DNA of 34,606 nucleotides from a virus (Duplodnaviria > Caudoviricetes), in the IMG/VR virus record IMGVR_UViG_3300037780_000102, positions 1 through 34,606 of that record. One strand, 5' to 3'. This document shows positions 16,487 through 24,553 of this stretch, in pieces (within the stretch, counting starts at the first letter, position 1; each line of letters begins with the position of its first letter). Both the position numbers and the translations under genes were made by a program. The notes beneath the pieces are model-generated. The model made no database searches and was not told where the DNA came from. It saw only the letters and a list, made by a program, of their open reading frames with translations.

Positions 16487-18255
16487 TGCCGACTGAGAAA
16501 AAGAATAGTAAGCGAGTAGTAAATAACGGCATGCTGGCGGGGAAAGTTATTCCGGCCGACCCTAAGGTCTTGGAATTTGCCGAGGTCGCCGGGTTCAGTG
16601 ACCAGCAATACAAGGTTTATCAGTGCTATGTTGACCTGACGGCAGAGAAGAAGGGGGAAAAGCCGGGTATGATCGAGCTGGCTGAGTACGTGGTCTCCCG
16701 GTTCAAATCTATCCGGAGCAACTTCGATGCCCCCAGCGCCAGCCGGTGTATAAGGCAGGCTCAGAACCGGGCGTCGGATGCCGGCTGGCAACCTCCCGCT
16801 GAGCTGAAGGTCGACCGAGACGTCGCCAACAAAAACCTCAGGACAGTGGAAAAGAAGCTGCGGAACCAAGTCTCCACCTACGTGGTCACATGGGCGCAGA
16901 ATGCCACCCCAGTGCACCAGGGCTTTCTCAAGTCCCTGGAGCAGTTCTGCAAGCACAGGGGCGCAGTGCTCCTGGTGATCGCCGGTCGCTACCGGAACCC
17001 GACCTCCATCTGGACGTGGCACAATCAGGAGAACGAGTACTGGGCCGAGGAGGTGGCGCCCTACCTGATCGAGGACAGGGTTGAGCTGAATGACAACCTC
17101 GTCGTAATGGGTGACATCAAGACGATACCTACAGCCGAGAACCCACTCTCCGGATTCCAGTCGATCACCCGGGACAAGTCCGGCATATTCGGACATGCGA
17201 AAGTGGCCCTGGGCGTGGTCGCCACACCCCAGAACACGATGCCGAAAATACTCACCACCACCGGGGCTGTCACTGAGCGGAACTATGTCGATGCGAAGGC
17301 CGGCAAGAAGGGTGAGTTCCACCACACCTTCGGTGCCACCGTGGTTGAGATCCAGGACGACCTGTTCCACATGCGCCAGATCAATGCCTGTGACGACGGC
17401 AGCTTCATCGATCTGAAGCACGAGTACAAGCCCAACGGTTTCAAGCTCGCCGCCAGGGCGAAGGGTATAGTCCTCGGCGACAGTCACGGCGATTTCATGG
17501 ACCCGGTCTGCGAGAAGGCGATCTTCGGCAAGGGCGGGATGGTGGACTTCTTCGAGCCGGAGAACATAGTATTCCACGATGTCTACGACGGCTACTCCGG
17601 CAGTCATCACCACAAGGGTCAGATGTTCACCAAGCTGGCGAAGCGTCGGAGCAACCGTGATGACGTCCGAGGCGAGGTGATCAGGACACTGGACAAGTTC
17701 AGCAGCTGGATGAGGGATGATACGAATTTCTGGCTCGTTGACTCGAACCACAATCAGCATCTGGTGACGTGGATACAGGAGACTGATCCGCGCAAGGATC
17801 TGGTGAACCTACCCTTCTGGGTCGAGATCGTGGGCATGATGGAGCCAGGTGTCATCATGACCAAGAACGGTGCCAAGTATCCCAATCCCTTACAGCTGAT
17901 GGCTGAGAAGCACTTAGGCAAGGACAAGAGGGTGCGATTCCTGACCCGGGACGACCGTCTCATGATCGCCGGCATCGATTGCGGCAACCACGGTCACCGA
18001 GGACCCAATGGCGCGAGAGGAACTATTCGTAATTATGCCTTCCTGGGGGTGAAGACTATCACCGGGCACGGGCACTCCCCCGGAATCCACCACGGTCATT
18101 ACCGGGTCGGGACTAACACTTACCTCGAGCTGGAATATAACGAGGGACCCAGCTCATGGTTGCAGACAGACTGTGTGATCTACGCCAATGGCAAGCGATC
18201 ACTCATTCACAAGATCAATGGAAACTGGCGAGCAGTGAGGAGAAGGAAGCAGTGA
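16483..18255 (+). CDS. T5 A1-like protein (metallophosphoesterase-fold nuclease)
   Basis: 590 aa. T.AQNATPVH..F, IFGH.K, PKI..TTG.VT..NY...KAGKK.EFHH..GA.VVE, LGDSH, HD..D, SNH, HGH.GPNG.RG and GH.HSP motifs. Confidence 0.8.
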   Translation: MMPTEKKNSKRVVNNGMLAGKVIPADPKVLEFAEVAGFSDQQYKVYQCYVDLTAEKKGEKPGMIELAEYVVSRFKSIRSNFDAPSASRCIRQAQNRASDAGWQPPAELKVDRDVANKNLRTVEKKLRNQVSTYVVTWAQNATPVHQGFLKSLEQFCKHRGAVLLVIAGRYRNPTSIWTWHNQENEYWAEEVAPYLIEDRVELNDNLVVMGDIKTIPTAENPLSGFQSITRDKSGIFGHAKVALGVVATPQNTMPKILTTTGAVTERNYVDAKAGKKGEFHHTFGATVVEIQDDLFHMRQINACDDGSFIDLKHEYKPNGFKLAARAKGIVLGDSHGDFMDPVCEKAIFGKGGMVDFFEPENIVFHDVYDGYSGSHHHKGQMFTKLAKRRSNRDDVRGEVIRTLDKFSSWMRDDTNFWLVDSNHNQHLVTWIQETDPRKDLVNLPFWVEIVGMMEPGVIMTKNGAKYPNPLQLMAEKHLGKDKRVRFLTRDDRLMIAGIDCGNHGHRGPNGARGTIRNYAFLGVKTITGHGHSPGIHHGHYRVGTNTYLELEYNEGPSSWLQTDCVIYANGKRSLIHKINGNWRAVRRRKQ

Positions 18256-18566
18256 ATCCTGAAGACATAGTTATAAGGGGTCCTGGCGGCAAGCGCCCAG
18301 CGAAGACCTTTGCAAGCGAGACTCGACGCATCATACGCTCGTTCGAGGGTAAAGAGTTTCGAGCGATCCACATCATATCGATACTGCGGGGAACCAAAAT
18401 TGAGCACCTGAAGTGTCGATCAGACTCGGCCCTCAGGGCCGGGGTCAGGAAACAACTCGCCAAGCTGATCGACAGGGGTCTGGTAGAAGTGATCCGCCAG
18501 CCCAAGAACGGCAACGGCGAAAAAGTAGCGGGCATTTATAAGGAGAAAGAACATGCGGAGAAATAG
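18252..18566 (+). CDS. Possible winged-helix DNA-binding protein
   Basis: GTG 18252 overlaps the A1 stop. VRKQLAKLIDRGLVEV motif. Confidence 0.55.
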   Translation: MNPEDIVIRGPGGKRPAKTFASETRRIIRSFEGKEFRAIHIISILRGTKIEHLKCRSDSALRAGVRKQLAKLIDRGLVEVIRQPKNGNGEKVAGIYKEKEHAEK

Positions 18567-19128
18567 ACCGACCAACAACATTTCGGGCATCATCCACATC
18601 ATCGCGGCGTCGGCCATTATGGGTTTCGGCAATGCCGTCGGGGTTGATACTCGATCTTTCAGTGAAGGGGGCACTGCTTACCGGCAGACCTTCGGCACCC
18701 GGGGTAAGAAACCGAGGATCAAGAAACCTCGCGGCACCACCGGGGGACCAACTCGAGCAGAGGTGCCAGCTCGCCCTTGTTTACATTGCGGTAGGAAGAC
18801 CAAGCATCCACAGCCGTTCTGCAGTGCCGAGCACATCAAGCTCTGGCGTGCAGAGAATCCCGGTAACGGACGTTATGCCCACCCTGATTGGAAGGATGAC
18901 CCGATCCTATATCGCGTTCGATCTCGTCCAATAAGGGGTGACGCGAATCTTGTGATCCTACCGGTCTACGCCCCCGACTCCCCTTTGGGTCGAACGTACA
19001 AGCTGGGGGTAGGTCTGAAATCCGAGTGCCCGACCACAGCCACCATGTTAGCTAACCAAAAACCAATCGATTGTATGATCGACGCCATGAGAGCGGGTGA
19101 CCGATACCTACGGGAGAGAGCAGCATGA
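18553..19128 (+). CDS. Basic hypothetical protein with a CxxC...FCS zinc motif
   Basis: 191 aa, AAGGAG SD. CLHCG...FCSAEH. Confidence 0.6.
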   Translation: MRRNRPTNNISGIIHIIAASAIMGFGNAVGVDTRSFSEGGTAYRQTFGTRGKKPRIKKPRGTTGGPTRAEVPARPCLHCGRKTKHPQPFCSAEHIKLWRAENPGNGRYAHPDWKDDPILYRVRSRPIRGDANLVILPVYAPDSPLGRTYKLGVGLKSECPTTATMLANQKPIDCMIDAMRAGDRYLRERAA

Positions 19129-19802
19129 AAGGACAAATCCCCAAGGTAGCACTAATAGTCCCGTCCGGGGACACGGTACATGCCCAATTCACCGAGTGCC
19201 TGATGCAGATGATGCTGGTCAGTGCACCGAAGGTGATGCTGGGTTACTTTAACATCCGCTGCAGCCACATCGACAAGTCCAGGAACGAAGCGGTCAAGAT
19301 GGTCATGGACCATAACAAATCTTATCCGGAGAAACCGTTCACCCATGTCTGCTTCGTCGACAGTGACCAGACATTCCCGCCCGAGACCCTCCTCCAGCTA
19401 CTCAGTCACAAGCGAGCGGTAGCCAGTGTCGCCAGTGTCAGGAGAGTGGAGCCGGTAGACTGGACCTGCCGGGACAAGAAAGGCGACAGAGTCCCGGTGC
19501 ACGAGAGGCAGGGCCTGATCCGGGTGCACACCAACGGCTTCAGCTTCATGCTGCTGGAGATGAGGGTCTTTGACGGCGAAGGTTCTGTCGCCGCCTTCCC
19601 CTGGTTCAAGTCCGGCTACACATGGAACAACAGCGAGGCTGAGACCAACCAGTTCATTGAGGGCGCCAGGTTCTGTTCCGAGGATGAGTGGTTCTGCCTG
19701 GGCCTGAAGGAGCGCGGGTACGCAGTGATGGTGGACGCGGATCTTTCTGTGAAAATCGGGCACATTGGTACTAGACAGTTCACAGTCTCCGATATAGAAT
19801 GA
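19125..19802 (+). CDS. GT-A fold (family 2-like) glycosyltransferase
   Basis: 225 aa. SRN, THVCFVDSD (DxD), GFSFML, SED.WFC and D.....GHIG motifs. Confidence 0.8.
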   Translation: MKGQIPKVALIVPSGDTVHAQFTECLMQMMLVSAPKVMLGYFNIRCSHIDKSRNEAVKMVMDHNKSYPEKPFTHVCFVDSDQTFPPETLLQLLSHKRAVASVASVRRVEPVDWTCRDKKGDRVPVHERQGLIRVHTNGFSFMLLEMRVFDGEGSVAAFPWFKSGYTWNNSEAETNQFIEGARFCSEDEWFCLGLKERGYAVMVDADLSVKIGHIGTRQFTVSDIE

Positions 19803-19841
19803 CCACTCTTTTGTAATCAACAGCAAGTAAGGAGTTTTAAA

Positions 19842-20138
19842 ATGCACGGTCTACAGACAATTCGCAAGCTGAACAATCAGGCCATCCGGAGTCACTTCTC
19901 CAGTGAACATTTCGCCGTCGGTAAGCCGGTCAATATCCAGGAGAGTGATGGCAGTGTGCGCCGGGCCACGGTCACCCAGAATGTCGAGGGTAGTATTTAC
20001 TTCACGGCGGGCGGGGTTCGCTTCCAGAAATCGAACGGCCTAAGTGTCGGCCTGGACATACCGATCAAGGTGTCCTCGCCGGATGCTGATGAGCCGAGTC
20101 GATTCCCCTCAGCCGAACAGGTGCTGTCGCAGCACTAG
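19842..20138 (+). CDS. Hypothetical protein, last of the early arm
   Basis: 98 aa, TAAGGAG SD. Stop overlaps the convergent endolysin stop (CTAG). Confidence 0.7.
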   Translation: MHGLQTIRKLNNQAIRSHFSSEHFAVGKPVNIQESDGSVRRATVTQNVEGSIYFTAGGVRFQKSNGLSVGLDIPIKVSSPDADEPSRFPSAEQVLSQH

Positions 20139-20659
20139 TCCCACCCGCTCTCAACACCGAGGACCACATCCCACGCCCTGAGGTAGTTGTCAGCCCAGCG
20201 CTCAGGGTGTGGTTTCCCCGGTCTCCACGCTTCGATATACTGATCCCACCCCTTCATGTGCTCATCCTGCATCGGCAGGCGCTCAGGGAGCCGCCACAGG
20301 GCCAGACGAGCGAAGCAAGCCGCCAGTAGATCATTGTGCTTCATCGCCCGCCAGAGCACGCTCACGTCCTCAGGGTAGCCGAGAAGATCCAGAACCACCA
20401 GGGCCATCTCACGGCTCGCGTGATGCCTCAGGACCCCATTAATGCCGGCACGCTCAAACTGGAAGAAACTCACAGCAGGGCCTTTCAGCGACTGCCACCA
20501 GTGGCGGCTTGTACCAATGAGTTGCTGCCGGTGGATGAACTGGGACTCCTGCAGGCCGATAGCCAGGATCATGGCCCTGGCCGGCACAGTGTTCAGGTGC
20601 TGGGGGAAGAGTCTGGCCGCAGCGGGTGCGACCAGGGTGTGGAAGGTCTCCGGCTTCAC
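20135..20659 (-). CDS. Probable endolysin (lysozyme/transglycosylase-like)
   Basis: Likely GTG start at 20659 (GTGA overlap). AIGLQES..F..R.Q, GPA...FQFE and ARL.LW...W..Y...WRPGKPH motifs. Confidence 0.72.
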   Translation of the reverse strand: MKPETFHTLVAPAAARLFPQHLNTVPARAMILAIGLQESQFIHRQQLIGTSRHWWQSLKGPAVSFFQFERAGINGVLRHHASREMALVVLDLLGYPEDVSVLWRAMKHNDLLAACFARLALWRLPERLPMQDEHMKGWDQYIEAWRPGKPHPERWADNYLRAWDVVLGVESGWD

Positions 20660-20910
20660 TCTTCGCAGGGCTGCTGGGTATCGCCGAAGAAAGGCACGAC
20701 TTTGATTGCGTTGACGATAGCCCTGGCTATCTGGGAACCGGTCCATGTTCCGCATACGAGCACGGACTCAACAGCCTCGGTCGACTCCTTCACCAGGGTC
20801 ACGTTTTCGACGAAGACATTCCGCTCCTCGACAGGGTTCTCGGAGACGGGTTCGGTGGCGCAGGATGCCAGAACCATTACAGTGAGCAATAATACAATCA
20901 GCTTCTTCAA
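20656..20910 (-). CDS. Lipoprotein in the lysis cassette (spanin candidate)
   Basis: TTG start at 20910 with GAGGA SD. MKKLIVLLLTVMVLAS-C lipobox, 84 aa. Confidence 0.65.
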   Translation of the reverse strand: MKKLIVLLLTVMVLASCATEPVSENPVEERNVFVENVTLVKESTEAVESVLVCGTWTGSQIARAIVNAIKVVPFFGDTQQPCEE

Positions 20911-21125
20911 CCGATCCTCTCCTCGGCCTTCAGCCGGCCGTAAATTGATGCCCAGCCGCCGATCACGGGAGCCAGAGCTGTGATTGTTTGGACGATCAGT
21001 TCGGCCAGTTCCTTCTCCTGAGCATTCGTCAGAACAATACCGAAGAAGGCCAGTGCTCCTGAGGACATGGATAATATCGCCCCCCAGATCGTCTTGGACT
21101 TGTACCATTTTTTCATGAAAATCAT
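20907..21125 (-). CDS. Probable holin
   Basis: 72 aa. KKWYKSKTIW N-terminus, two hydrophobic segments, IYGR C-terminus. Two nearby Met starts. Confidence 0.65.
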   Translation of the reverse strand: MIFMKKWYKSKTIWGAILSMSSGALAFFGIVLTNAQEKELAELIVQTITALAPVIGGWASIYGRLKAEERIG

Positions 21126-21126
21126 T

Positions 21127-23682
21127 TCACCTCACCGCTTTCACAGTTGTCTCGGATTTTGCCTGCCTCATCTGCTGCTCATAGGCATCGTACAGCTGGC
21201 TCGGAGTCATCGCCTCGTAGATGTGGCAATCTCTCACGGCCCAAAGCCGGTAGTCACTACGCGCCCGCCTGGCTCGCAGCTGTGAGACACTTGACATTTC
21301 CCGCATTATACACCCTACACGCACCGGTGTGAACAGGTGTCGCTCGGCGTACATGAACTGTTCCCCGATCATCGGACCGGCCTTGAAGGTCTCTACCATG
21401 TCGGCACTGGACACCAGATCAGATTTGAAGCATCCTATCTGGTTCGATATGAACGACTCGATAGTCTGCTGCATGGGTGATTTACTCGCGTCCCTGATGT
21501 CCCTCAGGAACTCTGTGACCGGCGGCGGCAGGCCGGGGTTGAACTGGCTCAGGTCGACTTCATTCCGCAGGTAATGGATCACGTTCTCCGCGCCACCGTT
21601 TTTCATCCAGTCCCACGCCTGCTTCCAGAACTCGACCCATTCGGAGCGCATGTTGCCGTCGGCGGCGCGTACGTTCAGGTCGGTCCAGAGCGCGTAGATC
21701 CTCCGACTGTCGTTGTTCAGGGCCAGCGGTAGCTGGGAGTTTGTCGTCATGGTCACCGACAGGATGTTGCGGATCTTCATCGGTTTGATGTTTTTCTGGT
21801 TGATCCGCAAGGTGTCGGGCGGTGCTGCAGCAAGGGGTTTGATCTTGTTGCTCACCTGCCGCGCCTCACGCCTGTCACCCAGCTCCGCCTCGTTAATGTG
21901 CAGGTACTTAGTCCCCAGCGCCCAGTCCTGGAATCCGCCCAAGAGTTCCTCACCGTCGATGGTGGTGTGGTTCTCACCCATGGCGACCTTGAGCGGATGC
22001 AGTAACCAGTCCTTGCCAGCGCCTTCGGGACTGCCCATGAGCAACATGTGATTGATTTTTTTATCCGGATGCTGCAGGGTGAATGCCATCCACTGGACTA
22101 TTCTCACCCGGTGCTCGGACCAGCCCAGGGTGTCGAAATGTTGCAGCCAACAACTCACGTCGCCGGGGTGACCCTGCACCTCACTGTCTTCCGACCAGTT
22201 GTTGCCGTAGGTGATGCCCTTCTCCTGGAAAATAGCGGGGCGCTTCGGCGCATAGTCCAGCTTGTCCACTTTGCAGACCATGTCACCCTGCAGTGCCTGC
22301 TTCCTTGCCTCCTCGTCCATGTGCGAGTAGGTGTTCTGGTACGCTTCAGGGGTGTAGAAGATCCGTTTCCTCCTGTCGTAAAACTGGTTCAGCTCCCGGA
22401 CGAATATGACCTCGTTAAAGAAGTCCATTCCGGAATTGGAACGCTCGTACCACTCTTCACGGAGTTCTTTCAGAATAGTCTTGAAGTCCGCCTTCGACCA
22501 GCCCATGACGTCCCGTATCTGATCGTGCCAGTGGACCTTGTCAATGGAGCTGTAATCATCCACAGCCCTGAGTAGTTTGCCGGCGATGTCCCTGGCCTCA
22601 TTAGATCCCGGGTTGATCCGGCGCAGCTCATCCATGTGCTCCTGTATGGGGTCCGCCTGTGGTTCAACGACTACCTGTTGCTGTCCGCCTGTGAAGTCAA
22701 GGGCGGTGTCGCTTCCCGAAGAAGGTTCGCTGGCTTCACCGGTTGAACCAAAACTCCTGAACACCTGCCATCGCTTGAGAGTTTTAACGAAACCAGATTC
22801 ACTCTCCTCAATCCATCGGAGCAGATCCGCACCGGTTCTACCTGCACAAGCACCGTGGTGGCACTTGAATCCGAGCGATCCGTCAGAGTTAGTGAAGATG
22901 GCCGTCCCTGAATCATCGGCTCCCGTATGTTCGTCCACCCACGGGCAGGTGATGTCGAATCGACCATCGCTCCTCTCCTCTTTTATATGAATAAGGTCCG
23001 GTATTTGCAGTAATGGATGATCATCGACTGAAGCGGCACCGTCTACCCGCTGCTCCCGGCGCTGTGCGTCCAGGTTGATTGCAAAAGGTTCGGCCAGTTC
23101 TTCAAGTGACACATGGCACTCTGGGTTCCATTCCAGTATTCGGCATTGGAACGGCTGACCATCGACAAGCTTGCTAGCCTTATTGTTTACACCATCCGGT
23201 AGTCGCACATATCGAGTGACACCCTTCATGCCGGGGTCTCTCCCTTCCGGCGCCATCCCGTTAGCAACCAATCCGTCGAGCAGATTGTCCACCCGGTGAC
23301 GGTCGGTTGCTAAAGCGGTCAGTTTATAACCCCACTGCTCGGACCCCGGGCTGGTTTCCAGAATGTAGGTTGGCTTGGGTAATTTCTGAACCTGATCAAG
23401 CGGTAACTTTTCCCGAACATCATCTAGTACGATGACATGGGTTGCTCGGTACAATGCTTTCCGCCGACGTGCCACTCCTTTCTCATCGGGGTAGAAGGTA
23501 CTGATGGTGAAGTACTGGTTACTCGGTGGTTGGAATGCGTACCTGCTGAAATAGTCCCCCTTCCATGCGGACAGATGTCGGCCCGGGGGAATGTTCATCG
23601 GATCATAGCTGAAGTCGGTTACGTGAGCCCATGGGAGGTCTTCACCGAACAGCGTGGATAGAAATTCTTTGTTGCTTGGCAT
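21127..23682 (-). CDS. Primase-helicase (RepB'/AEP-type primase domain, Zn-binding domain, DUF5906/SF3-like NTPase)
   Basis: 851 aa. VLDDV, LETSPGS.Q.GY, RY.RLP.G.N.K, CPW..EH...FKC.HG.C, Walker A GSPEGAGKD, INE and TTN motifs. Confidence 0.88.
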   Translation of the reverse strand: MPSNKEFLSTLFGEDLPWAHVTDFSYDPMNIPPGRHLSAWKGDYFSRYAFQPPSNQYFTISTFYPDEKGVARRRKALYRATHVIVLDDVREKLPLDQVQKLPKPTYILETSPGSEQWGYKLTALATDRHRVDNLLDGLVANGMAPEGRDPGMKGVTRYVRLPDGVNNKASKLVDGQPFQCRILEWNPECHVSLEELAEPFAINLDAQRREQRVDGAASVDDHPLLQIPDLIHIKEERSDGRFDITCPWVDEHTGADDSGTAIFTNSDGSLGFKCHHGACAGRTGADLLRWIEESESGFVKTLKRWQVFRSFGSTGEASEPSSGSDTALDFTGGQQQVVVEPQADPIQEHMDELRRINPGSNEARDIAGKLLRAVDDYSSIDKVHWHDQIRDVMGWSKADFKTILKELREEWYERSNSGMDFFNEVIFVRELNQFYDRRKRIFYTPEAYQNTYSHMDEEARKQALQGDMVCKVDKLDYAPKRPAIFQEKGITYGNNWSEDSEVQGHPGDVSCWLQHFDTLGWSEHRVRIVQWMAFTLQHPDKKINHMLLMGSPEGAGKDWLLHPLKVAMGENHTTIDGEELLGGFQDWALGTKYLHINEAELGDRREARQVSNKIKPLAAAPPDTLRINQKNIKPMKIRNILSVTMTTNSQLPLALNNDSRRIYALWTDLNVRAADGNMRSEWVEFWKQAWDWMKNGGAENVIHYLRNEVDLSQFNPGLPPPVTEFLRDIRDASKSPMQQTIESFISNQIGCFKSDLVSSADMVETFKAGPMIGEQFMYAERHLFTPVRVGCIMREMSSVSQLRARRARSDYRLWAVRDCHIYEAMTPSQLYDAYEQQMRQAKSETTVKAVR

Positions 23683-23704
23683 TGTGGGGGTTTTGTCCTA
23701 TAAT
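23676..23704 (+). promoter_or_regulatory. Antisense sigma70-like promoter overlapping the primase start codon
   Basis: TTGGCA-N17-TATAAT. Confidence 0.7.
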
Positions 23705-23709
23705 GCGCT

Positions 23710-23773
23710 GGCGAATGTGACTTAGTGTTTACTTGCCCTCTATAGCCGCTTGAGATACAGCGGCTTTTTTTTT
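23710..23773 (+). ncRNA. Putative cis-antisense RNA (about 64 nt) to the primase-helicase leader
   Basis: Lies between the 23676-23704 promoter and the 23744-23773 terminator, with no ORF. The start position is estimated. Confidence 0.62.
23744..23773 (+). terminator. Intrinsic terminator
   Basis: AGCCGCT-TGAGATAC-AGCGGCT running into a 9-T tract (23765-23773). Confidence 0.85.
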
Positions 23774-23787
23774 GCAAATTTCTGTGA

Positions 23788-23802
23788 TTAATCGCTGTTC
23801 AT
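23788..23802 (-). other. 4-codon upstream ORF (MNSD) with a strong SD in the primase leader
   Basis: Minus strand GAGGAGGGG-CGATC-ATG AAC AGC GAT TAA. Confidence 0.45.
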
Positions 23803-23852
23803 GATCGCCCCTCCTCTGCATTGTCCCGGCGTTCCGGGCAAAAAGAGCGCAC

Positions 23853-23881
23853 AGTATAGCTCCAACCGAGCCTTCATTCAA
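23853..23881 (-). promoter_or_regulatory. Sigma70-like promoter for the primase and lysis transcript
   Basis: TTGAAT-N17-TATACT on the minus strand. Confidence 0.7.
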
Positions 23882-23895
23882 CTGTCAGACAATGT

Positions 23896-23924
23896 TTGAC
23901 AACCCCTGTCTCCCCGTGTATGAT
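23896..23924 (+). promoter_or_regulatory. Sigma70-like promoter for the replication operon
   Basis: TTGACA-N17-TATGAT, back-to-back with the leftward promoter. Confidence 0.78.
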
Positions 23925-23959
23925 CGCCTTTCCAATCACTGAACAACCGGTAAGACAGC

Positions 23960-24157
23960 ATGAGCCTGGACGACAAGTACGAGACCCGATGCAACAGTTT
24001 CGACAAGGCCGATTACATCCGCCGATGTCAGAGCCTGGGCGTGGAGCACACGGACATGACCAGGGAAATCATGCAAGCTTTTAATACTGGTCGTTTAAGA
24101 ATAGTACCGACCGAAGACCAATCCGTAATGATTAAAGGAATCCACCATGAGCCTTGA
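23960..24157 (+). CDS. Small protein, possibly a ribbon-helix-helix regulator
   Basis: 65 aa, first gene after the promoter. A strand-helix-helix pattern is plausible but unconfirmed. Confidence 0.55.
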   Translation: MSLDDKYETRCNSFDKADYIRRCQSLGVEHTDMTREIMQAFNTGRLRIVPTEDQSVMIKGIHHEP

Positions 24158-24551
24158 ACAAGTTATCGCCAGTTTCACCGAGGAGCTGAAGCAGACTAAC
24201 AAGTTGTTGTCTGTTATTGCTGACAAGCAATCTGCCCCTGTTGTTGTCGCCGATGCACCTGCTGCACCTGCTGCACCTGCTGCACCTGCTGCACCTGCTG
24301 CACCGAAAGAGGACGCGCCCCCTGCACCTGCTGCACCGAAAGAAGACGCGCCCCCTCCTCCCCCTGCCGAGGAGACAATGACTCTGGAACAAGCCAATAA
24401 CGCACTGCGCGAAATTTGTGCCAGGAAATTCAATAACCAGGGCGGAGCTGTATTCGACGTCCTGAAAAGCATGGGCGCCGCATCGCTGACGGATCTCCCG
24501 GCCGAACAATGGCCCGATGTGATTGAGAAAGTCGAGAACACGGAAGCTTAA
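24147..24551 (+). CDS. Ala/Pro-rich linker protein of the replication module
   Basis: 134 aa. MSLE..I..L N-terminus, APA repeats, C-terminal GA.SL.DL..EQW. Confidence 0.8.
   Translation: MSLEQVIASFTEELKQTNKLLSVIADKQSAPVVVADAPAAPAAPAAPAAPAAPKEDAPPAPAAPKEDAPPPPPAEETMTLEQANNALREICARKFNNQGGAVFDVLKSMGAASLTDLPAEQWPDVIEKVENTEA
24255..24305 (+). repeat. 9-bp tandem repeat (GCACCTGCT) x5 plus a partial copy
   Basis: Read directly from the sequence. Encodes APA repeats. Confidence 0.9.
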
Positions 24552-24553
24552 TC

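Noticed and set aside
16447-17760. Long antisense ORFs (437 aa here, also 2632..3537, 5174..5938 and 7064..7816)
   Set aside because: They shadow well-supported genes on the other strand and have no recognisable motifs, as expected from codon bias.
20086-20120. CTGATGAG...CGAAC as a fourth hammerhead
   Set aside because: Inside a coding region, GAAC instead of GAAA, mismatched stem II and no stem III or cleavage triplet.
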